This document shows positions 40,292 to 53,487 of a DNA stretch of 64,000 bases, one piece after another. Positions within the stretch are counted from its first letter, which is position 1, and each line of letters begins with the position of its first letter. Location of the stretch: positions 10,044,001-10,108,000 of the forward strand of contig NC_134031.1 of NCBI RefSeq assembly GCF_964204645.1, read 5' to 3'. The stretch comes from Tubulanus polymorphus. Taxonomy: Eukaryota; Animalia; Nemertea. A program made the position numbers and the translations under genes. The notes under the pieces are model-generated. The model did not search any database. It saw nothing but the letters and a program-made list of their open reading frames with translations, and was not told the origin of the DNA.

Positions 40292-41482
40292 AACTAGGGG
40301 TCCAGGGACACCATGCCCACTTGGGAAGAGGTTTCAAATGCTCAACAATCTAACAGTTTCAATATTCAACGCCCCCTGGTGACCAAATACAAAAACCAAT
40401 GACCTTGAAACTAACCACAATCATAGAACATGTCAGCAGCTACAATTTTGTAATTGATTGTCATAACAAAATATGCCTCGTTACCAATTTAATATGGAAA
40501 TACTAAGTTATTATATTATTCAATGCCCCCTGGTGACCATATTCAAAACCCAATGACCTTGAAACTCACCATAATCATAGAACATGTCATGAACTACATT
40601 TTTGCAATTGATCATGGTTACAAAATATGCCTAGGTATCAATATAATAAGGAAATACTAAGTTAATCTACTATTCAACGCCCCTGGTGACCATATAGAAT
40701 AACTAATGTCCTTAAATTGATTGTTGTTACAAAATATGCATTGGCACGAATATAATATAGAAATACTAAGATATTGTATTATTCAACGCCCCCTGGTGGC
40801 CATATACAAAAACCAATGACCTTGAAACTCACCACGATCATAGAACACATTATGAGCTATAACTTTCTAATTGATAGTGGGAATAAAAAACGCTTAGGTA
40901 TCAATATAATGTGGAAAAACTTTTTCCCACCTATGAATGCGTACTGATGACCCCAAGATGGCCGCCAATTGCGTCATAATTGGCTGATCAAAAATACTTG
41001 TCCCAGGTATAAAACACCCTTTTCCAAAGAATACCCATCACAAATTGCAATGAGAAATGGTAAACCAGTAGGAAGCAACAGGACTCAGAAATTGACATTT
41101 TTGGGCACTAAAAAGGTCATAGGACGACCATCTTGAGTCCGATCGACCCAATATTTGTTATGCTGATGGGCACTGGGGGGATTCACATATATCCAAAAGA
41201 TCAAGGTAACTGATCGAAGTGTCTTCCAAATTTCCCTCAAAAAGTTCAAAAATGTGTAAAAAGTGCTGATTTTGGCGAACAACAATGGCTGCCAGTCGGC
41301 CATCTTGATTTTGACAGGGCCAATTTTTGGGCTGAAGATGTGTGTAGGGTAGATACATGTGTTATATATAGTTACATTGAAGCGTCTTCAAAACTTCCCA
41401 AAATAACTGGATTCCGTCTACGCACTGACGGACGAACGACGGACGAAAAGTGAACGCAATAGCCCGCTGGGACTAAGTGGGC
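40292..41482 (-). mobile_element. HINE family B, complete copy
   Basis: aactaggggtccagggacacc hairpin, sub-TIR gcccactt / aagtgggc, central tandem repeats, gacg microsatellite, ends at an A-run. Confidence 0.85.
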
Positions 41483-41654
41483 TAAAAATCTATTACGGGA
41501 TTTCTTCATTCATGACCCCGGAGACGATCACCAAAGGCCGTTACTGTAATCCAAATGAAATCTTGAATACCATACAAAGTTTCTTATTGCCATTAAATTC
41601 GATCAAATATGGGCTCAATTTAGATGATTTCTTCAGAATGTTTAAAATCCACGT

Positions 41655-41656
<2 letters not shown>

Positions 41657-41725
<69 letters not shown>
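41657..41725. repeat. (AT)n microsatellite
   Basis: Pure AT dinucleotide run. Confidence 0.98.
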
Positions 41726-41728
<3 letters not shown>

Positions 41729-43732
41729 AATTCGAACACTCCGAAATGCACATTGTATTTAAGATGCAAAATAATCGCTGAAAATAAACTACCATTTCAA
41801 TAATGAGAGGTTAGCCTGAATGTATGATTGCGCTTTTAATTCAAAAATTTAAATCAAAAATAAATGCAGACCTATGCTTTGAAATAGCTTCATTTGTTAG
41901 AATTGAATTCTTCATTGAAATATATCGCCATGAAAAAAAAGGAAATTTAGATTTATCTTAAAACTACATAACTATGGACGATTTGTAAAAAAATTTAACT
42001 CCAATCTCGACTTTTATTGGTTAGAGTTGGGAATCACTCATTACATTTCACATACTCAAAGAGTATCTTCGATATCTTCAGATCTTAACTGAGTAACTCT
42101 AAATAGAACTATACCCAAAACTATAGCGTGTCAGTGAGTAGAGTTTTCACTGTAGTTTCTGAGTATGTTTATATTGTCACATTTCACTGCAAATCTGAAG
42201 CATATGTTGCTGCAGTGTATTTATAACAGGGAAACTGGCAAGCGATCTCAAAATGGTCACTTTTCAATAGTTGACTTTTAGGAACGATGTGTTTTGAGAG
42301 TAGCTGTTATGGTAGGAGTTACTATCACAAAGCCACTGTTATCAGGCGGGTGGTTTTACAGTCACCTCTACTGCTATTGTGCACTATCGAAACCAGATGT
42401 TTTAAAATGGTCACTTTTCAATAGTAGACTCTTCGAAACAGCCACTATAGAAAACCGACCGAATTGAAAGGAATACTATTTCAGAGTGACTGATTTGAAA
42501 TGTATACTACTGGAAAAGTACCCGATATCGTTAATTGCTTATTGTTCTCAAGTGGATTCAGCCTTTCCATATAGCTTCATAGGGGTTGGAGAATGGATAA
42601 TGCTCTAATGAATGATTTGTTTGAATATATGCTCAGTTGCACAGTCAATGGGCCTTTACTCTGGAAACCATGTCATTAAAATTTGCTCCATTTGTATAGC
42701 AATAGGCTCAGCCTATGGCTGGCCTAAAAATGAGGGGCACTATGTCCAGCCTGTCAGCTGTTCATAAAACAGCAAATGATGCATTCTGTGGGTTATATTT
42801 AAAGTGCTGATTCCTGCGAACGGTAAATGGCCACTTGTTGGCTATTTTGATTCTGATCAGACCTGCTTTTGAGCTGCAGATGTTTGCTTACATATATAAA
42901 CCAAATATCAGGAAAATCCACCCACAAGGCTTCAAAATTCCTAATTTCCGCCAATGGATGGACTAAATTCGTCAATGCATGGACTGATGAACAGATGGTT
43001 GACCCACTGGGGCTGAGCAAGCAGTTGGCTTAAAATGATCAAGGGATTTTTGTTCTATTAACCCTGGTACAAAATAAACATAGTTGTGTCCAAATGCACT
43101 TTTTCATAATATCATACATATACCATAGAAATTTCATGAAATTGTCTCAAACGGTTTTTTAGTTATTGTGTATACAGGAAGTTCCCGTGTCAAAAGGTGA
43201 AAAGTTGACTTCGAACAGAGGAATCCCCAAAGCAATAAGGTTTTTCATCATACTATCAAACACATACCATTAAAATTGTATGAAATTATCTAAAACAGTT
43301 TTTCAGTTATCATGAAGTTCAAAATATGCCATTTTGACCTTTAAGTTGGTCATAAGTAGGCGATTTCAAATAGGAAAATTCCCTAAAACGATAAGGGTCC
43401 TCTTCATATTATCATGAATATACTATTTAAATTTAATGAAATTTTCTCTAATGGTTTTTGAGTTATCACATTCACTGGCAGTTCACATGTCAAAGGCTAA
43501 GTCGGCCATCTTCAATGGTAGGTTCCTAAAAACAGTGAGAGTTTTTAGAGAAATTATCTCAAATGGTTTATCATGTAAACAGGAAGTTCCTGTGTCGAAA
43601 GTAGGTCATAAATTGGCCATGTAGAAATAGTTCAGTAAATAGGAAATGAAAAGCAGTATGCATCGTTCGCCTGACCACAATTGCAACAATTTTAGACAAA
43701 TTGGATCACAAATTTTCATGACAAGATTGTCA

Positions 43733-43876
<144 letters not shown>

Positions 43877-44824
43877 TTAGAAATACTTAGTTCAGGATTC
43901 AAACATCTGATAAATTGAGCAACACAATTACACAAATCCCTTGATTATTTACCATTGACCACAATAGTATTATTTAAATTGTTATAATTGTTATTCATAT
44001 ATTGCAGTGATATGTGCAATGATAATAGACACAATGTGTATCAGTTTCATGACCTCCCGTCAGCCTAAAGGTGGATTTACAAAGGTAACAAAATTCTTAA
44101 TATAGACATTCCTCAATTTACATGGTGTACGTTTAATCCAGTATCAAGATTTAATGTCAGTAAATGTACCCAACAGTTTGAGCAATTATAATGAATTCAT
44201 TATAGGCCTACTGCTTATTCTAAAGATTTAGGATATGCGCGCTTGCCGTTAGTGTTTACCACAGTGGCGCACAATTCAGGGTTCATTGTGCCATTCACTG
44301 CCCATGTTATTCCAAATTCACTGTCAACTACAGCAACTTTTTAAGAAATGAGCTAATCTTCAAGCTAGTTACCATATGTGACACGTATGCCATTTTGATT
44401 ATTTGGAGTACGGATTTTACCATAGCACTCATATCACATTGGACTGATAAATTTTGTCCAAATGGTATGATATCCGAATTATTTGCTCGCATTTGAATAG
44501 AAAGAACTTCCTGGAATTTAAGACCGATATTAGTGAAAATCCAAATAAAACCGATCCAAATTATCCACACATTCGGATCTAGTGATGGATTTTTAATTAA
44601 CATCGTGACAGGCGCCATTTATTGCACTGTGGTGCATACACTGATTCAAGCACCGCATGATAATAGGAGTGGGCCTTAAACTTGCCTCAGCAACTATGTG
44701 TGTAACGGCTTCAATGCACATGAATTGTTTCAGGGACTGTCATGATATCAGATTCTTCATCCCATCCACATCAGTTAGGGTGGAACTGTGGATGGAACAT
44801 TGTGATGGTGTTGTCGCTGGCGCA

Positions 44825-45019
44825 CTACTTGGCATGGACATGGTCGTCAAAGATGAATTTTTTTGTTGGTACCTGTGTCTGAACTCCGTTGTCTATTTTG
44901 TTCTTGAATGCAACCCATCTTTGTTGGAAGGTTTGGTTAGCTGAAATGGGCGTCCAATGGGTATTCAGTAGGGAATTGTTCATGGCTTTGTAGTTTCCTT
45001 TATGGTAGCAGCATTTCAT
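44825..45019 (-). pseudogene. CR1-clade LINE ORF2 fragment (EN-RT linker)
   Basis: YHKGNYKAMNNSLLNTHW...WVAFKNKIDNGVQTQVPTK. Confidence 0.6.
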
Positions 45020-45547
45020 TGTAGGTGGGCACTACCGAAGTTGACAGATAAAATCATATCTAACCGATCCCAGGCATGTATACAATGTCTTGACTGGTTA
45101 AAACGAGGTCCAGGATGTTGGGCAAATCGTTTACCTGGTACGATGGTTGACATGTTGAAACCATCTAGTGGTCCAGATCCAGAGTTTGGTAGAGTATCGA
45201 ACATTCGCTAATATCGCTACATTTCTCTCCTCCATTAAATCATAACGCTTCTTAATACATTACTACCAGGGATGAGAACCAGGGATTATGAAAAAAGCGG
45301 GACTTTTGATGAAAATTTCTGTTAATTACTGAACTTGCAGCTTAACTGCAACATAGCCACTAAGCTCGAAGTGCCCATCATGATTTCTTCAACAGCCTTG
45401 TTTCAAATCTAGATGGCAGCACGAACTGGTCATTTTTTTTTACTGTAGTTTATATTGGCAATACCAGATGGCAGCACATAACAAAGACGCCGAAACATAA
45501 TGCCAGACACAGCAAACATTCCACCTCCATCAATTTCTCAACGGATC

Positions 45548-45668
45548 AGTAATTGGAATATCAGGCGTTCAGACCAGAGTACGAAATTACGACACACACT
45601 CATCACCAAAAGAAATTTCTTTTTCCAAAAAAGATAAAGATAATTTTTTCCTATAATAAATGGGAGAG
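45548..45668 (+). repeat. Polinton left terminal inverted repeat
   Basis: First ~60 bp differ by one base from the reverse complement of the right end; imperfect match extends to taattttttcctataataaATGggaga. Confidence 0.92.
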
Positions 45669-48142
45669 AGTGAACAACATACAGAAAAAATTGATGTTAA
45701 TGAAAATCAATATTATTGTATATGTTGTAAAAAATACATTGATAAATCTAATAAATCTCATCATGAAAAATCTGCAAATCATAAAAAACTGTTATAGATT
45801 TAAACTCCAGAAAATTCCAATGAATGAAAAGAACGATTAGAAAATATGAATGTGGATGAAATAAAATGTAATGTTTGTAATGAATTTATAGTAAAAAGGA
45901 ATTATAAAAAAACGTCTGGAATCACAATAACACAAACAAAATTTAAATAAAAATATTTTAGGCACAGAATATTTTGATGATAAACCTCAACAAGTAAAAA
46001 ACCAGCTTCAAAAACTAAATCTATTTCAAATAAACCTTATATGGAAAGTGTTAGAAATTATATCGATTCACTAGAATTAAAAGATACAATTAAAATTTTA
46101 GAAAGATTACGTAGAAAAATTGGTCCTGCAGCTACTATATTAAGATTTATTAAAGGTACAACGATAGAAGATTCAAGTAAATTTATTGAAATAATGGAAA
46201 AAATAATGGACTTTGTTACAGATGTTGAATATCCAAAAATTAGTATTTCTGGAAAAGTAAGTTTTATAAAATCAGAAGAAAAAATGGATTATAATATTCA
46301 AACACATTCTGAAGAAATAATTTCAAAAACACAAATAAAAGAGAAGTTAAAAAAAATATTTAATGAATTTTAACGTCATATTGAGGGAAGATATTTTGAG
46401 GGTTCTGGTTTAACATTGAATGAAATTATATTTTTAGATTTAAATGTTAATAATACAAAAAGAAATAAAACATCAAAAAGTAATATAATGTTTAAAATGA
46501 TTCAAACTTCACAACAGAAAAGGATATTAAAGCATCAAGTTATGTTAAATTACCATTTACAACAAAAGCAGTAATAAATGTTCAAAATGAAGATAATAAG
46601 TGTTTTCTATGGTTAATTATTAGTTGTTTACACCCAACAGAAGATATTACGCATCGTTTTAGATTAACAGATTATCGAAAATATGAAACATTATACAAAA
46701 TTGATCAATATCCAGTAACTATAAAAATGATTCCTAAAATAGAAAAAGTGAATAATTCAAAAATAAATGTATTCGAATTAATGCAATTACCAGATACAAA
46801 AGGTGAAAATATTAAAGATTATACATTAAAAGATTTCTATTTAACAGAATATTATGATGATGAAAACGTTATAGATTTGTTATATTACAAAGAAGATGAA
46901 AATGAACATTTTATGTGGTTAAAACAAATAGATTTATTCTTTAGGACAGAAAGTGATCACCATAATAAGATTTATCTATGTAGAAAATGTTTGTCGAAAT
47001 TTATGACTGAGAATGCATTATTAAAACATAAAGAATTATGTGATAATGAAGACTTTTGCAAATTAATAATGCCAACAAAAAAAGATTGTAAGTTGAAATT
47101 TATCAATCATAAATTTAAAAATATAGTACCATTTGTAATTTATGGGGATTTTGAATCGTTGAATAAAGAATTAACTGATCAAGATAGAAAAGAAACATAT
47201 AACAAAAAGCAATTTCTAAAATCAATGGACAAAGGAAATGAATTAAATGAAGACATAATTCAAGACCCACCAATTATAAATACAATTAAAAAAGTTCATC
47301 AAAGAGCTGCTGCTTATAGAATTTATCTAAAATCAAATTATCCTGAATTATATGAAAGTCAATATATTTCTTTTAGAGGTGAAGATGTAGTAAATGAATT
47401 TTGTAATAAAATAATTGAAATAGAAAATAATTTTGCAAAATTATTAAACAAAAATAAAAGAATAGTTATGACAAAAGATAAAATTTATTTTAATTATGCA
47501 ACCCATTGTTGTTACTGTGAAAAACGTTTTTATTCATTTGATTAATATTGAATTAATTAAATCTAAACCAAATTGTTTTAATTTAAGGCAAGTAGAAAAA
47601 GAATTAACAGAAGAAGTTATATAACCAAACAGATTATGTTTATGATTTATCAACTGAAGATGGAACATTCAATTCTGGGTTCCCATTAATAGCAGTCAAT
47701 ACAGATGCATACATACTCAAGACAAATGACATAACAAAAGACTTAAATTAAAAACATTAAAACATCATTTTAATTTTAGCAATTATCCAAAAGATCATGA
47801 ATTATTTAGCAATGATAATAAAAAAAATTCCTGGTAAATTTAAAGATGAATTAGGGGGTGATGAAATGATTGAATTTGTTGGGATAAGAAGTAAAATGTA
47901 GAGTTATAGAACAAAAGATCATGAAGCTAAAAAGTTAAAAGGAATAACAAAGCATGTGGTTGATAAACATATAGAATTTCAAGATTATATAAAGTGTTTA
48001 TATAATTCAATTGTAATGAAACATAAAATGAATTGTTTAAGATCAGAAGTTGTACATTAATGAAGTTGAAAAACCAGATCCATTCGACGATAAAAGATAT
48101 ATTTTGGGTGATGGAATAAAAACATTACCGTATGGCCATTAA
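45660..48142 (+). pseudogene. Protein-primed family B DNA polymerase with N-terminal zinc fingers; frameshifted, large internal deletion
   Basis: SSYVKLP, INVQNEDNKCFLW, CRKCLSKF...HKELC, ExoI PFVIYGDFES, then a jump at ~47550-47690 to FSNYPKDH, PGKFKDEL, FVGIRSKM, KLKGI and PFDDKR...TLPYGH*. Confidence 0.92.
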
Positions 48143-48416
48143 AACAGAAAATCAATATCATCATACTCGAAATCACTATTGGTTTCTTCATATTCATTTA
48201 ATTGTTTAGGTTCTTACATTTCATTTTTCTCATTTAAACAATTCTATATTATTCCACATTTCATCTCGCTCTCTTTGTTTCTTTTTGTTTGTTAATTCAT
48301 CAAATGGAATTATAATATCGATGTTTAAAAAATTTACAATCTTATTTAAAAAGAATTCATAATTAATAATGTTTGTGAATGTTTCTTTTATATTTTCCAT
48401 ATCTTCTTTTGTTAAT

Positions 48417-49374
48417 TTAGGTTTTTAAATTTAAATACATTTTCTTTTCTTTTGTGTTACATGTTGATGGAATAATTGTTTTTATTATATCTTTCTTAGT
48501 TATTTCACCATTTTTATTTTCTATCATTTTCATTTTTTCAAGCCATTGCTTATATTCTGGTGTATGATCTTCCATAGAAAATATCTTAAAAATTTCATCT
48601 AGATATTTTAATTTTGGTTCTATAAGAATATCTCTAGTTTTTTCATCACCCCATAAATTTCTTTGCCATCCACATTCATTACAAAATATCACAGAATCTT
48701 CTTGTATTAAATACCTATAAATACATTGTGGGCATTTTTTTCTATCATATCTTGGTAATAGATCTTCATTAAGTTCTTGGTATCTTCTTACGTTTTCTTT
48801 ATGTTTTATTGTTTTATTATGTAGATTTGAATTACTTTTTGTAATAATCAATTTACAATATTTACAATAATATGATTTTCGTACTTATTCATCATATTGT
48901 TTTTCTAACTTTTCAAGTGTTTCTTTGTTATCTGGTAATGTTTTCTCGTATTTTATTTTTTCTTTCATTGAATTCTGTTTCAAATTTATTAGAAATTTTA
49001 TCTATATGTGCTTTACGAAATTGATGATTCTCCCAATCTTCTTTATTTTCAGGGTTATATCTTATTCGACAAGGCTCACAGAAATGAAATTTTATATTAT
49101 TTTTATCATAAAATAGAGTAGGTCTTTTCCAAATAATTTCAGGTTCAGTTTCAACAGAATTATTATTACTTTCGTTACTATCAACATTAGCCGTTGAGTC
49201 ATCAATTTTACACTTCTCTGAATGCTTTTTAACATAATTTCTTGAGAATAATTTATCACAATTTGGGCAGTTTATTCTAGGGGGTTTGTAATTTTTATCA
49301 CGATTTTTCATACGTCGAATCATATTACTTTTTCTTTGAAGTTCACCACAAATTTATCCTATCTTCTCATCCAT
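48417..49374 (-). pseudogene. Cys/His-rich zinc-finger gene(s) of the Polinton, function unknown
   Basis: CPNCDK...HSEKC, CEPC...HQFRKAH, CKYC...H, CPQC...CNECG; TAAATG start at 49374. Confidence 0.65.
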
Positions 49375-49443
49375 TTATTTAGGAAAATTTTTTATTAAAA
49401 TTAATTTTTAATGGTTCGAGGTAATTTTTTTGTGTTATAAATA

Positions 49444-50194
49444 ATGGTTGAAATTAAAGAATATAGAATATTTGTTGATAACAAATTATAAATCTCATAA
49501 TTTACAAGAACAATTAGATAGAGAATTTAAAAATTGTGTTGATCTAAAATTAGTTAATATAAGTTTATGTAACTCATTTTACAATATATCGGATAAAAGT
49601 CTAGAACATAGTTCCTTTATAATTTTAAATAAAAAAATTGATAAATGGTTTCGTATTTATCTAAAACCAGGATTATATAATTTAGAAACATTAACAAAAG
49701 AAATTAATAGAAGAGCCCAGCTTTTTTTAGGTGTGCTGGATTTAATATACAATTTCTAAAGGGTAATAGTTCTAATAAAATGAAAATAAAGTTAGATAAC
49801 TCAAATAAATATCTTTTCAAGGTTGGAAAACCTATAGCTAAACTGTTAGGTTTACCTCCATTTGATATTTTTTTCAATAGGAAGCTATGAAAAAGGTAAC
49901 ACAAATATAATACCCTTTACACACTTTTATATTTATTGCAATTCAATTGATCCTACAAAGACATTTGAAGCAACTAAAGATACAATTTGTAATTCTAGTT
50001 TATTCAATATTTTACCACTGAAGAATGTTAAACAATTTGGAACACAAATAAATTATAATTTAACTGAATGTGATTTCAAACCTTGTATTTCCAAATTTAA
50101 TAATTTTAAATTAGAAATAAGATATCATAATGGTTACTTAATTGATTTAAATAACTTTCCTGTGACATATGAATTAGTTATAAGATGTAGATAG
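49444..50194 (+). pseudogene. Minor capsid protein (penton, single jelly-roll), frameshifted
   Basis: NSFYNIS, LKPGLYNLETL, HFYIYCNSID...LFNILPL...FKLEIRYHNGYLIDLNNFPVTYELVIR pattern typical of Polinton minor capsid proteins. Confidence 0.72.
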
Positions 50195-50213
50195 TAATTT
50201 GTTTGATATATAA

Positions 50214-50553
50214 ATGAATATAACAGTAGGACCGAGTATATGTTTTGGATTTGATTTTAAACTTGAGAAAGAAATGAAATTTGACATTAATGATGTAATT
50301 ACACATATCAAAAATATTGCATTTTCTAATGAAACAACATTTGAATATGAAACAACAAATAAATAAAGAAACTTTTAACGTAGAAAAGATTACTGATTTA
50401 ATTAGAGTCTTTAAGATTTTATGGATTAGACGAAGATTTTATCATTAATGATATTAAAAAAATAATAACTGAAATATACGAAGATGAAACTAACAATATT
50501 ATAAATATTGAAATAATTATAACTAAGATAAAAAAATATTTTGAAGATAGTAA
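50214..50553 (+). pseudogene. Small hypothetical Polinton gene
   Basis: TAAATG start, coding-like sequence with a frameshift; no motif recognised. Confidence 0.45.
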
Positions 50554-50568
50554 TTTTTTTCTAAATAA

Positions 50569-50786
50569 ATAGCGGATCAGTAGTGGATAATAACTGGTTT
50601 ATATAATGGAGCATTATTATCAGTGGGAACTGTTGGTTATACAATGGTATTTAAAATGGGAAGTAGTAATGTTGATAAATTTGATATCAATGATATTTTA
50701 AAATTAACATTAGCAGTAACTTTATCTAATTTAAAAATTGATTATTTAGAAAAACAAAAATATATTCCTCCTATATAAATGCATAA
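50569..50786 (+). pseudogene. Small hydrophobic Polinton protein, start codon decayed (TAAATA)
   Basis: ITGLYNGALLSVGTVGYTMVF...ILKLTLAVTLSNLKIDYLEKQKYIPP. Confidence 0.55.
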
Positions 50787-50801
50787 TTTTTTACTAAATA
50801 A

Positions 50802-51180
50802 ATGGCATCTGCAATTATAACTATTATAGGATCAGCAATCGTTAACGCTTTAGCAATTACAGGTGGTGGTTATTTATTTAAGCATATTGATAAAAATAGT
50901 TCATTAGCAGAACAAAGAAGACATAACTTAGCATTAGAGAAATACAATAAAGCAGCAGAAGAATATAGAGAAAAAAGACAAAACTATATGGATTATATCA
51001 ATAAAGAATTATATAATCAGAAAAATACACATAGAGATTTTCAATCAGTTGATGAAGCTATGAGTTTACATAACGCAGTAACAAATAAAGAAAAATTACA
51101 TCTATATAAACCTAAATTATCAGATTATTATACACCAAGTAAAGAACAACAACAATATGAAATAATTTGGATTTTAGGTG
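50802..51180 (+). CDS. Polinton membrane/coiled-coil protein, 3' end broken by an insertion
   Basis: Hydrophobic N-terminus MASAIITIIGSAIVNALAITGGGYLF, helical EQRRHNLALEKY core, and the start of a second hydrophobic segment IIWILGG. Confidence 0.75.
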
Positions 51181-51975
51181 GAAGGCGTGATGATCAAAGC
51201 AAACATTTGAGCGTCAGCTGTTGCTCGGTTTTTGTATAGCGTGCGTGCTTGACTACGGACACGCCGATGACCTCAATTCATTTCTCTGCCTACAGAGACG
51301 CGGGTGACCTCGCGTGGAATCTAAGTACACAGTTGCAGTTTGATAAGACCCCTCCCTTTCCACAACGCGCACGTACTAAATGGATAAACCCAACTTACAT
51401 TTTTAGTAGTAGAGATTACTGCGATGTGAGCATTGGCTGTTGCTTGGTTTTCTACAGAGACGCAGGTGACCTCAATTCCCCTCTGCCTGGGGAATCTAAT
51501 AGTGGAGATTACTGTATGTATTTGAGCTCACCACAGCGCCAATCCCTTAACTAAGAAAAGAGCAAGCTCACCACAGCGCCACTTCCTTAACTAAGAAAAG
51601 CGTGCCAATCAATTCTTCTTAGAATCACCGAGATTTAATAGCCTGATTTGTCATTGTTGTCGGATTGAAAGGTATGAAAGAGTGTCATTCATTGACAGTC
51701 ATACGATGTCGTTGGGTCTTTAGAAGTCATGTTAAAAACCGTATTCAATTGTTCGGAATGGAAAATGAAACCAATTCAATACCCATGATCGTGTTACAGT
51801 ACTCACCCTTCAAAAACAAACAAAAACATAGTTTACAGCAAAATATTGTAATACTTTTTCTCCTCTTTGATATTTGTTTCTTACTTATAGTGTAGATTTC
51901 ACATCGACAAAAAAATGTTATATTATTTTTATCCACACCTTAGTGATTTATTATATTCCTGGCGGACGGGTACTT
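51181..51975. other. Higher-GC non-coding insertion of unknown class
   Basis: Abrupt composition change; internal direct repeats (ctacagagacgc.ggtgacctc; gctcaccacagcgcca...ccttaactaagaaaag). Ends approximate. Confidence 0.55.
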
Positions 51976-53471
51976 TGCTTGTTTAATATAAATATAAATA
52001 ATTCTGATTTTAGAACAAACATTGGAACAATAAGATCACTTCCTTGCCCTAAAAAAATTGCGGAATATTGTCCACCTTCCTTACCAATTAATAGTTTTTA
52101 CAATATATATAGTCATAAAATAGGTTATGGTAAAATAGAAACTTTGGATTTAAAAACATTAAATTTCAATAAATTACCGGAATTTTATGATAATTTAAAA
52201 CAAGAAAACAATAATGGTTGGGTTTTTTTATTTTAGAAAATAGTGAAAGTTTTACTAAATCAGGTATACAAAGAATAAATCAATCAATTAGAACTTATTT
52301 GATATGTATTCTAGGTGCACAAGTTGAAACAAGATCACCGATAATTGGAAATTTGAATACATCATTCGATACACAAAAACAATTTAAAGTTTTATTTGAA
52401 GATTCTATTCATAATGATAAAAATAGATCAATTCCAGAAAACGTTGTAAGATATCAAAATTATTTAGATAAATCACATGTAAGATTAAATTATTGTATAG
52501 GCCCTAATTTATTAATTATTTCTAATGATTTAGTATTAAAAATGGGAAATATAATTCATTATAATAATCTTATTAAAACTGCAACAATAAATAATAAGTT
52601 AGGATTAAATGATATAAATAAAAAGATTCCTTGCCCTAAAAAAATTGCGGAATATTGTCCACCTTCCTTACCAATTAATAGTTTTTACAATATATATTAG
52701 TCATAAAATAGGTTATGGTAAAATAGAAACTTTGGATTTAAAAACATTAAATTTCAATAAATTACCGGAATTTTATGATAATTTAAAACAAGAAAACAAT
52801 AATGGTTGGGTTTTTTTATTTTAGAAAATAGTGAAGGTTTTACTAAATCAGGTATACAAAGAATAAATCAATCAATTAGAACTTATTTGATATGTATTCT
52901 AGGTGCACAAGCTGAAACAAGATCACCAATAATTGGAAATTTGAATACATCATTCGATACACAAAAACAATTTAAAGTTTTATTTGAAGATTCTATTCAT
53001 AATGATAAAAATAGATCAATTCCAGAAAACGTTGTAAGATATCAAAATTATTTAGATAAATCACATGTTAGATTAAATTATTGTATAGGCCCTAATTTAT
53101 TAATTATTTCTAATGATTTAGTATTAAAAATGGGAAACATAATTCGTTATAATAATCCTATTAAAACTGCAACAATAAATAATAAGTTTGGATTAAATGA
53201 TATAAATAAAAAGATTATTACTGCTCCAAAACTAATGGAAGGTGAAAATATTAAAAAACATATTCAATCAACAGAAACTAAAACTAAGAATATTAAATTG
53301 AATAATGATTCTAAAATAAAAGATTACAATACTACAGAAAATATAAAAACTGATAATATTCAATATGAAATAATTAAAAGTGATAATGATAATAAATCAC
53401 ATGAAAATACTAAATTAGCTATTACGTGTATAGGAATTGTAATAGGAGGAATATTTTATATCAAATTTTAA
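51976..53471 (+). pseudogene. Hypothetical Polinton protein with C-terminal transmembrane segment; contains a ~588-bp tandem duplication
   Basis: FTKSGIQRINQSIRTYLICILGAQ...FDTQKQF occurs twice; ends HENTKLAITCIGIVIGGIFYIKF. Confidence 0.75.
52040..53216 (+). repeat. Tandem duplication, 2 x ~588 bp
   Basis: 52040-52626 is repeated from 52627 with few substitutions. Confidence 0.95.
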
Positions 53472-53487
53472 TTCTTTTATTATATAA

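Larger units (their letters stand above)
34921..42568. mobile_element. 7.6-kb foldback-like element with ~340-bp terminal inverted repeats, no transposase seen
   Basis: gaaaggctgaatcca...cttgagaacaataagcaatt...gaccattttgagat (34922-35317) is the reverse complement of 42225-42567; it splits a HINE-A copy. Confidence 0.82.

Noticed and set aside
41512-41795. ORFs with YI repeats
   Set aside because: Translation of the (AT)n microsatellite.
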